Origin: Spongospora subterranea f. sp. subterranea
Lineage: Eukaryota
Length of the DNA: 64,000 nt
Assembly: GCA_049724395.1 (NCBI GenBank)
Contig: JAUGWO010000144.1
Location: 1 to 64,000, forward strand
Direction: 5' to 3'
The first letter of the stretch is position 1. The number at the start of each line of letters is the position of its first letter. Position numbers and translations under genes: made by a program. Shown here in pieces: positions 1 to 10,422 of this stretch. The notes beneath the pieces are model-generated. The model saw nothing but the letters and a program-made list of their open reading frames with translations, searched no databases and was not told the DNA's origin.

Positions 1-1830
1 TTGCTTAGACTTCTACACAATTCAGCCATTGCTGCCGCATCAAAAAACCGATTTGCTGTGGTCCTATACGACTACATGAAAGCTTTCGACAGAGTACAGC
101 GGCCACTCTTAATAGAAAAATTGAATCGAATGGGAATAGAGCCATATCTAACACTGTTAATTGTTAACGAACCGAATGTACGAGGTCCAATTTCGAAATG
201 TGCAGTCATCATAGTATGAGCAGAATAATAAAATTCCACAAGGTTCAGTATTAGTGTTCTACTGTGGATATTGTATATCTATGATGCACCTTTAAATATC
301 AACAATGGCAACGTATATGTTGACGACACTACACAATGGGAACAGGGCACTTCTAAGAAAGAGGTCGCTGATAAACTACGAGAAAGCAGCAGCGAACGGT
401 AACTGGTGCAAGGCCAAAAGCATTCCAGCGCAACCACAAACACGGTTTAGCCGCGCGCGCCAACGGATCACAACTGGGTCAGGACTACACCAAATGGACA
501 GGGTTCGGCGATGGCTGGTCTCCACTTGGCCAAGTCTGGAAAGCTCTCAGAGAGAAGTCCCGAAAGGATACAGACCATTCATGCCAAGGTAGATATTGCA
601 GCAAACATTCTCGAAGCTCTCTATACAGTCAATTACCACAAATCCACTCGAACGGAGGCAATTGCAAAGCACAAAAGAAACGAACTTCTTCCACGTGGAC
701 CCGGATGTAGAAATATGGACTGATGGCAGTTTTACCAACGGGAAAAAGGGGGTGCTGCTGCCCTCATTCGATACGAAAACACCAAAGGTGACGCGGCAAA
801 TCACTCTAAGGAGAATTCGCAAATCAAACTGGTCGCAAATCACCTCGAGTCACGAAGCCGAGATAATTGCATTACATGATGGTCTAGAGCTGGCCGTAGA
901 TAAGAAATTCAAAAACAGAACGAGTAAGCCAATTTCAATCATTACCTATCAAACCTCGAAGAGTATAATCAGTTGTGGCAGACTCTGCTCGATTGCTTGC
1001 GAAATTATCCCGGCGCAATCAGATTCGTATCCACTACATTCCAAGTCATGTCCACCAAAAAAGTGACACATCTGGCAATGACGACCCAACAGCAATAGGA
1101 CGATGCACTGAAATTGATCAACTAGCGAAAATGCGGCGAATATTGGAACCAAAGTAGAGCATGGACTTCAACTTAAGAAATACGAAAGAGAGCAATTAAA
1201 ACAGTACTTGAAAGCGAACGTCAAATGCAGCCACTTCCCAAACTACCCAGGCCGAGATCCGTTTTGCAAACTAACAGGTGAATCCACGCCACACATGCCA
1301 ATCAATCAACAACATTGGAATGGAAGACACGAACACGTGCAGGCACTGGGCGACAAACATCCCGAAACAATCGAACATCAAGTTTTACAATGCAAAGCAT
1401 TCAAAAGCCGACTCAAGAGATGCAGACGACTCTACAAGACGCTCCCAGTAACTACGTTTAACACAGCAATTCGGAGCCATGAACAGGCCATGACCAAATT
1501 CTTGCGCAAAGCTGAAAAAGCAGGCTGCTTTATCTAGATACGATTAGTTTTTATTGGGTCTGACCACATGGCCATAATGAATGTGGGAGAGGGAGCTGCT
1601 TGCAGTGACCTCCAAACTCTGGATAGGCAATGTAATCGGGTGGGGGCAGGTCCCATTCGGTGTGGTCGTTATGACAGGTTATGTTGCTGAATCCAGCTGG
1701 TCTGATAGGTTCCTTCATTGGATACCCAAGCTACTTGTAGCGGCCAGGCGGAAGTAGGGAAAACCTGGTAGTACACAGGATTACCCGACCCATAAGAACT
1801 CGCGAACCTTCGTATACCATACAATACCAA
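1..1830 (+). mobile_element. Decayed non-LTR retrotransposon (LINE): RT fragment, RNase H, C-terminal CCHC knuckle, 3' UTR; 5' part lies outside the window
   Basis: RT motif YDYMKAFDRV (1-219); RNase H IWTDGS...SSHEAEIIAL (596-1066); ETIEHQVLQC zinc-knuckle half (1208-1537); many frameshifts; short CATAC/AATAC-like tail near 1815-1830. Confidence 0.8.
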
Positions 1831-1899
1831 TCGAGTACCAAATTCATATATTGCACGTCGTCTTGACGCTGCAGTCCTTGGAAAATTTCGAGTGTGAAA

Positions 1900-2095
1900 A
1901 GATGGCGCCCCCAGTTTTCAACAACCGCTGCGATGACTGATGTTCACGATAACATGTCAAAATTGGTGTCTGGATCTGGTTGACGAATTGTCGTGCACTT
2001 TCCGTCAACTCCGATTTTCGCGGCGGGACGGTGGACTCAATCTCTTCCAGCAGCTTGATTTTTTTCAGCCGTTGTTGTCAACATCGCCATGTCCA
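1900..2095 (-). mobile_element. Possible N-terminal HTH remnant of a pogo-like transposase
   Basis: Minus strand reads TTAEK|IKLLEEIES (one frameshift), resembling WTAAQKIDMLRVIDS of the pogo copy at ~9.8 kb. Confidence 0.3.
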
Positions 2096-2395
2096 ACCGT
2101 TTCTTGAGACTCAATGTTCTCCTATCTGAATATTGTGTATTTCATTCTAACGATCGCATGCGGTTGATGACTCGAACTATTCGCTGTTTCAGGTGTCTTA
2201 GAGCGCGTCCAACTGTCATCGCAGAACTTGCTTCTTCGGGGACTATTCTGAACTACCAACACCTCTCAATAATAGCACTCAAAAACGATTATGTGTTTGA
2301 GAATAGTCGAAATCTACTGCATTTCAATACTGCAGTGGTTATAGGAGTTGTCAGATATGGTGATTGGAACCTGGTTCAAAAAGTTCAAAAGAATC

Positions 2396-2791
2396 AGGCT
2401 GAGCTCGCAGCAGTCGTGAGAATAAATCGTGTTCTCTAAGGGCTGCTGTGTCAGGACCAAGGCAGTATGCGTTTAAAAGCGCTTTATAACTTTGCAAGCA
2501 CCTCGCGAGTGATGTGTTTTTCCCCCAGCCAGCCGGGATGAGTGTTATCGCCGACACTACCGAGAAGTGTCGTTGAAGATTCGGGAGGTCTTTCATTAGA
2601 TAAGGAGTGAGAATCTGAAGCTGTCGAACAATTCTTCACCATGCAAATCACAGCTAGAAAAATCGCACACGAAAAAATCAAGGTTGCGAAAGCAGAAAAG
2701 CTTACTAAATAAAGCCAATGCTGTTCGCAATACTGCCTTGATCCTGACACAGCAATCCTTAGTGAACACAATCTCACGACTGCCTCAGCCT
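2396..2791. mobile_element. MITE-like element with imperfect ~66-76 bp terminal inverted repeats
   Basis: 2396-2471 (aggctgag..cagtcgtgaga..gctgtgtcaggaccaaggcagtatgcg) is the reverse complement, with indels, of 2726-2791; interior has no recognisable protein. Confidence 0.6.
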
Positions 2792-3199
2792 AAACCGACC
2801 CAACAACGTATCGCGAAATCGAATAAATCGTTGGCTTGACGGGTTGGCGACTAGAGTATTGCCTCTGAAACCCCGTTAAAGCGCCTCAACCTCAAACGGG
2901 GCCAAACGCAAAAGGAGGAAAGTCTCCAAACAGGCGTTCAAAGAAAAACAGAATTAAGCTTTACCGATACAGTCGTAGTGTGATTGGTCTCCGAGGTGTT
3001 TTTTACCATCGTGTTATACCCTCTTGTCCAAGTCGTCAATCGGATTAGATAAACTGTATCAGTGTGCGTCTGGGATGAGTGGAGATGTTAAAGCGAGCGA
3101 AGATCGGGAACAATGAGGCCGCCGTAAAGGAGGAAGATGTGTTGCCTTGACGGTCGGCGACTACATTAAATCCGTCTGTTGAGAGGTCTTGCAACAAGG

Positions 3200-3900
3200 G
3201 CTGAACCCTGGTTTTAGGTGCCTAATACCCTAAACGCTGGTTCATGCGTCTGTTTAGGGTCTTAACAAAGGTACATTCTAACAAAGTTAATGGAAAATAA
3301 GATCAAGTCATGTTGTTGTCAAGTTGGTGTCTCGGGACGGCCTGTAGGTCAATTTGGAATGGGGTTGTGGCGCCGCGCTGTGTTGCCTCCATCCAAAGTT
3401 AACGGAGGTCCTCAAGAACTACCGATTCTCCTCTCGTAACAGGAAAATCATCATCGAATCACATTCAGAGAGTGATGAATCTGAATGAGCTCCTCTTCCG
3501 AATCCAGCAACTCGGTGTTCTCTGAAGACGACTACAATCCTTTCAAAGAAGGAGATCTAGTACAGATCATCGCCGCCGCGATTGCCAAGGGTGTTATTAC
3601 AGCACCGCCTTCCCTACACGGTCAACCAGTGCCACCGGATTCCATTGCTGTTCTAATTCAGGAAATCCAAGCTGGTGACTCACTGGGCAATGATTTGTTT
3701 GGAGAACCTGTTGGTCTGGGAGCTTATATCTCAGTTTCTACCAGCTGTTCAATAAAAAAGCGAATATATTTGACATTATCTTCTGATCTTTTTGATAAAA
3801 CATGCAATTATCAGCTTTGAAAAACTGAAACCCTGCAATGGTCTAAGACCCCAAACCCTGGTAAAAACGTTTGAGGTCTTATTAGACGGAATTACTGTAT
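3200..3900. mobile_element. DNA-transposon end remnant with subterminal repeats and a short acidic ORF (3485-3820)
   Basis: Reverse complement of the 3900 end is TA+CAGTAATTCCGTCTAATAAGACC (Tc1/pogo-like terminus); TAAGACC(C/T)AAA-like motifs recur in both orientations at 3220-3265 and 3844-3882. Confidence 0.4.
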
Positions 3901-4107
3901 AAGTTTCTTTTCCAAAATCACTGACGAACTTGAGCACTGGAAGCAGAAACGGTTTGCGTCACCCAGTTCAAATAAACCTTAATATTGCACATAAACTAAA
4001 CGGCAGATATTGCAGTACGTGTTCACTTCTCTTGTGCGTCGAGCTCGTTTGAACGGTTGTTTTGTCTTAGGGTCAATCGCGTTCATGACAAGAACATGGT
4101 TGCCGCG

Positions 4108-4309
4108 CGACAGTCTCAATCGCTGCCCTTCCTCGGAATTGCAAAACGTCAATGGTTATCTTATTTTGATATTTTTTTTCAAATGAACAACGATCTTGAT
4201 ACAATGATCGTTAAACAAGGAGGAGATCGCTCATTTGCAAAAAAAAAATCAAAATAAGAAACCCATTGACGTTTGCAATTCCGAGGAAGGGCAGTGACTG
4301 AGACTGTTG
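4108..4309. repeat. Long imperfect inverted repeat (hairpin), ~85-88 bp arms, ~29 nt loop
   Basis: 4108-4195 pairs with 4225-4309 (ctgcccttcctcggaattgcaaa / tttgcaattccgaggaagggcag). Confidence 0.9.
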
Positions 4310-4598
4310 TGGGCACCTTTCGACTCTGTTGCTTTGTGGATGAGGCAACACGGGAGATAAGCCCGCGAAGACAGCCGTTTGATGTCCCATGCCATTCGGA
4401 AAACGTCCAGACATTGATGCCACACAGTGACCGAGTTTTAGTTGACATTCATTCTCCTTTGTCGTGAACATTTCATTAAACGCGCACTCTAAATTCATGG
4501 GACTCGTAGAAAACAAATGGGAGATGAGAAAAACTGGTCAGTTTAAATAACTTTCGAACAAAACTCAACTGCCGCTGCTCTTGGCAGTACAAAAGAAA

Positions 4599-4670
4599 CT
4601 CCGAAACGGGGAATTGAACCCCGGTCTCACCCGTGACAGGGGCGAATACTGGCCACTATACTATTTCGGA
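4599..4670 (-). tRNA. tRNA-Asp (GTC), intronless
   Basis: Minus strand TCCGAAA-TAGTATAGTGG..CGCCC-CT-GTC-AC-GGGTG..GGTTCAATTCC..TTTCGGA-G: 7-bp acceptor stem, A/B boxes, GTC anticodon, downstream T-run terminator. Confidence 0.97.
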
Positions 4671-4699
4671 GACATTATTGTTTTAAGATGCGCAAGGAG

Positions 4700-7235
4700 G
4701 TTGATAGCGAACCAAACTTTATTGCGTTCCTTGGGAGAGTCATTAGAGTGATGGTCTTCATATGTTATCGCATGGTCTGATACGCTCCCTGGCTAACTGA
4801 ATGCAGGAAACCATCATTCGTCAGGAAAACCAAGAGCCTTTTAAAAATTCTTTCATTTAAAGGCTTCGTAAGTATATCGGCAACCATATTGTTCGTCGCG
4901 ACGTACTGTACGTCAATCCTTTAGTTCTTTAATCATGTCTCCGAACGTAATGGTATTGGATATCTATATGCTTCGATCTTTGACTGGAGCAGTCGTTCTT
5001 TTCACTAAATAACGCTCCTTGGTTGTCCTGATATAACATTGTTTTTGGCACTTGTTTCAGCAGCCTAAGCTCAATCAAAAGATCTTGTAGCCAAATAACT
5101 TCTTATGCTGCTATATATTCGGCTTCCGTCGTCGATATTGCGACGCATCCTTGCTTTTGGATTTCCAAATAATCGGATTTTCACCCAATGTTATCAAGAT
5201 TCCAGTTACTGATCTGCGATCGTTTGGGTCGGGTCCATAACTGCTATCCGCCCATGAAATAATCTCCAAAGGGTTTGACTTGAACAGAATGCCTTCATTA
5301 GCGGTCCCCTTCAGATATTTGATGATCCTTTGAGTAGCATGCCACAACGTTTTCGTCGGTTTTGAAATATGTCGGCTGATGTTGTTTACGGCGTATGCGA
5401 TGTCAGGCCTTGTTGCGTTTGCCAGATACTGTAGACATCCCATCGCCTCTCGAATTGGATATTGATTTGTTTCCTCGTCATCATCGCCTGCCTCATATGG
5501 CTTCGTCATTGGTGTCGATGCATGCTTGCAATGTTCTTGTCGATACGTCGCGATGACTTCCCTAATGTATTTTGTTTGTGTCAGTAATATTCCGTTGTTC
5601 CGGTATGATAACTCCATGCCGAGAAAACTTCTTCGCAATACCTAGATTCTTCATTCTCTGAAAGATGTCGCGAGAACTTGTGATATTTTGGATATTTCGT
5701 CTTTATCATCTCCAGTGATTAGAAGATCGTCGACGTATATCGCTATCATGGTAAGTTGATCGTTGTGACCGCTTTTGTACCATAGACATGGTTCTTCTCT
5801 CGACTGGATGAAATTGTTCGATCTGATTTTGTCAAACAACGTCTTCTGCCACTGTCGCCCCGCTTGGTTCAGACCGTATAGGGCTTTGTTCAGCAAACAT
5901 AACTTGTTCTCCGCTCCCGGTTTCTCAAAACCTTCGGGTTGAAGCATGTAAATACTTTCGTCCAATGGGGCGTTCAAATAGGCAGTAGTAAAGTCCTTTT
6001 GAAAAATCTTCCACTTCTTATGTGTGGCAGTTGCTAACTGGAGACTCGTACGATGTGTGAGCTAGTACCGAAGAGAAGGTCTCGTCGTAGTCGACTCCGA
6101 ATCTTTGGGAGTATCCCTTAGCGACATAACGTGCCTTGTGCTGCATCTGTCCTGCTGCATCAGTCTTCTCGGTAAAAACCCACCTGCCAGTGATCGGCTT
6201 GATGTCATCTGGTGGATCCACGAGCGTCCATGTCTGATTCTGCTCGTCTGCCGTCATTTCTTTAAACGCAGCTTGATACCATTGTTGGGCCTCAGGAGTC
6301 TTCATCGCTTCTTTGAACGACTTCGGTAGTTTCTGACTAATGGTGTTGTTGGTAGCATACACGAATTCGTCAATGGTCTCCATTTGCTCATGATTGTCCT
6401 CATCTCGAGTTCGTTGTTGATCGGTGAATTGACTTTCATTGAATGTCACAGCGTGTCGAATCAAAATTCTTTTGTCGGCAAATCTTTGTAGCACGTAAAC
6501 TTTTTGATATTGAGGGTAACCCAGGAAGATGCATTTCCCCGCTGTTGAATCAATGCTTGTTCTGAACGACTTGTCGATATTTGCCCAAGCAATTCATCCA
6601 AATCTTCGTAATTGCTCAACTTCGGGGGTTTGGTTACACCATCATTCGTATGGCGTCTTGTATTGAACTCTTTTGGTTGGTAACCTGCTCAGGTGAAAAC
6701 AGCATAGCGAACAGCAAACATCCAGTAAGAGTTTGGGAGATTTGACTCTGCCAGAACGCATCGTGTGATCTGCATGATCGTGAGGTTTCGGCGCTCCGCT
6801 TGTCCATTCTGTTGTGGGCAATACGGGACCGTTCTCTGATGTTTAATCCCTTTTGTAGTAGGAAGACTCTCATCAAACTATTTACATATTCACCGCCTCC
6901 ATCAGTTAGAATGGTCGTCAAACGTTCCTTGGTTTCCGCTTGTGCGTCTGTCAAGAACCGTTGTAGAGCATCAAGTACTTCCTCGGCACTCTTTGTTTTC
7001 AGAAACGTGATCCAGGTCCATGTTGAAAACAGGCAATTAAAAGTGATATAATATCTATAGCCTTCAGGGCCTGGTTCCAAAAATGGTCCTTTCAGATCGG
7101 AAGAGACAATTTCATATTGCCTCGTCGGCTTCGTTTGTGCTTGTTCAAGAGTGATTGTCTCGAATGCATTTCAGTGGCGCTATTGTGTACAGACCATTCT
7201 TCATCTTCGCCGTCAAGATGGTCTCTCCATCTGAG
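4700..7235 (-). mobile_element. Decayed Ty1/copia LTR retrotransposon: integrase, RT, RNase H and 3' end
   Basis: Integrase SSDLKGPF and LTDGGGEY; RT KARYVAKGYSQRFGVDYDETF, LNKALYGL, IYVDDLLI, TRPDIAYAV; RNase H WADSSY, KHIDIQY, VADILTKP; copia order INT-RT-RH; frameshifts. Confidence 0.92.
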
Positions 7236-7259
7236 ATTGCCAATAACCCAGCTTCACCA

Positions 7260-8309
7260 TCGGAAATATCCTTAAGTGGTCATCAGTTTGGAAAATCTGT
7301 ATTAACCAAAGCATTCATAGATTCAGGAGCAACGGCAATCTTCATGGATAAGACATTTGCGGTCAACCACCGAATCTGCTCAACAAGACTACCCGTTCCC
7401 ATTCCGCTCGAAGTCATCGATGGTCGAAGACTGGAGCCAATTAATTGAGTGACTCAGCCGTATGATGTACTGCTCAACGATATCAGCTTCACTACAACCT
7501 TTTATCTCATTGACTCCCGGTGTTCCCCATCGTCCTTGGCATCAACTGGCTGCGGCAGACTAACCCGGAGATCAACTGGGAGACCGAAGAAATCAAACTA
7601 TTCTCAAAAGAAGGAACTATCACCCATTCAGACCCAGCACCGCCTACCAGACAAATATGTTGAGTTCGCCGACGTTTTCGGTATTTCCAAAGCCGACAAG
7701 TTACCCATTCACCGAGATATCGATTGTGCCATCAACTTCAAGGACGGCGGGGGAGTTTTACCGAACAAGCGAGTCTACAGTCTTTATCAAAAGGAACAAG
7801 AAGCTCTGCGCGAGTACGTCCAGGAGAACCTGCAAAAGGGATTCATTCGTCACTCACAGTCACCCTGTGGAGCCCCGATCCTTTTCACAAGCAAGAAGGA
7901 CAAAAGCTTACGATCATGCGTCGATTACAGGGAACTCAACACATTAACCAAAAAGGAACCCTATCCGCTTCCGGCAATTGGTCACATCTTACACCAGCTT
8001 GGCGAAGCAAGAATTTTCACGAAAATCGATCTGCGCGGGGCCAACAACCTACTGCGTATCAGAAAGGGTGACGAATGGAAGACCGCCTTTAACTGCAAAT
8101 ATGGTCACCTCGAGTACACGATCATGCCTTTCGGATTAATGAACGCACCCGCACATCTCCAGCGCCTCATGCACGAAACATTCCAAGATTTCCTCGACAA
8201 ATTTGTGGTAGTGTATCTCGACGATATTCTGATCTACTCAAGCTCTCCGGAATCCCACGAGAGGGACGTTCGACGAGTGCTACAACGCCTAAGAGAGGCA
8301 CGACTTTAA
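7260..8309 (+). mobile_element. Ty3/gypsy pol fragment (aspartic protease + RT), frameshifted and 3'-truncated
   Basis: AFIDSGATAIFMD protease; RT motifs SPCGAPILF, CVDYRELN, FTKIDLR, MPFGLMNAP, VVYLDDILIYS; ends abruptly at the 8308 palindrome. Confidence 0.92.
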
Positions 8310-8527
8310 TTAATTCAAAAGCACTGCTCGGTATTGCCCTGCGTTGCGGTTGGATTTCGCTCGATCAGATTTTGATTCTGAGACTGATAAATTCTCTGTG
8401 ATCTGGGCTCGTCTAAACAACAAGATCGCCCAGATCACAGAGAATTTATCAGTCTCAGAATCAAAATCTGATCGAGCGAATCCAACCGCAACGCAGGGCA
8501 ATACCGACCAGTGCTTTTGAATTAATT
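8308..8527. repeat. Near-perfect palindrome: ~100 bp arms, 19 nt loop
   Basis: 8308-8408 vs reverse complement of 8428-8527 differ by one substitution and one 1-nt indel. Confidence 0.97.
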
Positions 8528-8649
8528 TCCGATATAATAAAATAAAAACAGATATTCGGAGATTTAATTATCAAAATAAGAGAAATCTTTACTTCCCCAC
8601 GCGTTTCGGATTATCTGTCTGTCGATTGCCTTGATGGAATCCAGGATCC

Positions 8650-9976
8650 ACTCAGATAACAGTTCTCTAAACGGTGGTTTAACGGTCGCTGCGCTCTCGT
8701 GTGCATCAAACCAGTCCTCAAATCGATGACGAATCCTCGACTTGAGAGGTTTTCCGACACCCAGTGCATCCTCCTGGGATATGCTCTACCTGAATCCTTA
8801 GGTCCTGAATCTTGTTGACGACTGACGCCATCAAATGGCAGCGATATGAATCCAGCAGGATTATAGCTCGAGAGCCCTCAGAATTGCAGCGTACTGTGTA
8901 AGGTTGAAGGACTTAAATCAAACATCACCCTTTTTTCAGTCGATATAAATGACCACGCCTGACCTCTTCGACCCATCGCAACATCATTTCCTCATCCATC
9001 CAGGCGTTATCCTGACATGCGTATAATGCGCCTTCCGGGAAGGCTCCGAATGTTCGGGCAATACGACCAGACGTCTTGCCCTTGAAGATTATCATTGGAA
9101 TCAGCATATTTCCATCAGCTGTCACTGTAACGCCGACGGTTACTGGGAGTGTTGAGTTCGTTGACGAACGGATGTTGACTGTACGAGATCCCACGCGTTC
9201 CAGCGTGGTTCGACTCTGCATAGAGAAGAACACTGGTGTTTGGTCCATGTTTAAAATCATTGCCTGATTAGGGAATGCAGCCAGCTGTCGCTTGACGGAT
9301 AAGACAGAATCCGCTGCAAGTTCTCGTGTCTCGATCGGATTTGTTGTGCCACGTGAGTACCACATCTGATTCCGTACTTGTGTTTTTTGAAAAATCGGCG
9401 GATGATCGCGTAACGAGCTGTCTCTGATTTTTTTTTAAATTCTCGGTCCATTGCTTTGACTCGAGAATCCACCATTCGCATGGAGATGGCTAAACGTATC
9501 TTTAACTTTACGTTATCATTTATCATCAATGAAAATTACCAAATTTACATTCTCGCCGTTCAAAGATGTAGCTCAGAATCTCCTCGGTATAAATTTCCGG
9601 TATTGATTGAGCGCCCTTGCAGACGCTTTTCGCCCCAGGGCGACTTTTCTTCAAACGTTCCTCTTCCCGTCTCCAACGGGAAACCTGTCCTGTTTGGATG
9701 TTGAATGCCTGACAGATACTGTTTAATGACACGGATGTTGGACGGCTATCGATGACCCTCAACATATCAATCTTCTGAGCAGCTGTCCAAGAACGTTTTT
9801 GGGGCATTGTGCTTAAAACTGAAATGCGCGCCTTCTCTGAGATGTACCTCAGATAAGCGGCGATGCCGGCACATATCTGATAAATAACAGTAGCCACTGA
9901 GTTGGACCGGGAGTCTGTACCAACCGGTGCCAAAACTTGCACATTTGCTTGGTACAAAGTCCCGCAAAATACGGTA
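8650..9976 (-). mobile_element. Decayed pogo/Tc2-like DDE transposon with intact 5' terminus
   Basis: HTH (MPQKRSWTAAQKID..QVSRW), CENP-B-type HTH (IIRRFFKKHKY), DDE domain LNMDQTPVFF..PMIIFKGK..NAWMDE; TA+CCGTATTTTGCGGGAC terminus at 9976-9958 on the minus strand. Confidence 0.85.
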
Positions 9977-10215
9977 GTTTGGTAAGGGTTTGTGCCGAGA
10001 TTAGCGTATTTGTCGCGCTTGGCACGTGCAGGACATTGGGTAGAGTGATCAACGGCTTTGTTGATAGTACCCAAGTACCTTTTCCCGCTGCCTTGGATAC
10101 CTGGCGATTGCATGCCTGTATAAAGACCGGTTTCGTCATGCTTTGATAATTCTGGAGAATCGCTCGGTCTTTCGTTATGGAAACATTCGCTCCACTATCA
10201 ATGAGAAATCCATTT
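9977..10215 (-). mobile_element. Ty1/copia protease fragment, probably the upstream part of the 4.7-7.2 kb copia
   Basis: FLIDSGANVSIT..GKG..LPNVLHVPSATNTLISAQTL; same strand as the integrase fragment that resumes at DGETILTAKMKNGLY (~7230). Confidence 0.75.
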
Positions 10216-10422
10216 ACACCAACTAAAATCAATACAGCCATAGAAAATGCAATGTGAATTGCACGATTTTAAAGCGGTCTTTCTTTAAGCCCCGCAATTT
10301 TTATTTGCGCCGCTTCGCAAACAGATTTGCGTCAGGTTCGCTGACTTTTTTTGCGAAGTGCGGGTCGAGGTTGAAGTATTGTGCGGGTTTCCTCATTCTG
10401 AACTATTCTGAATCAAACAACG

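Noticed and set aside
1695..1770. Hammerhead-like CTGAT..GAAA in the LINE tail
   Set aside because: Core reads CTGATAG rather than CTGANGA and the three-stem topology could not be completed
3228..3259. CCCTAAA / TTTAGGG telomere-like words
   Set aside because: Isolated single copies within transposon subterminal motifs, not an array
4310..4450. Possible piggyBac C-terminal Cys-rich remnant (..LCGINVWTFSEWH)
   Set aside because: Too short and degenerate to support
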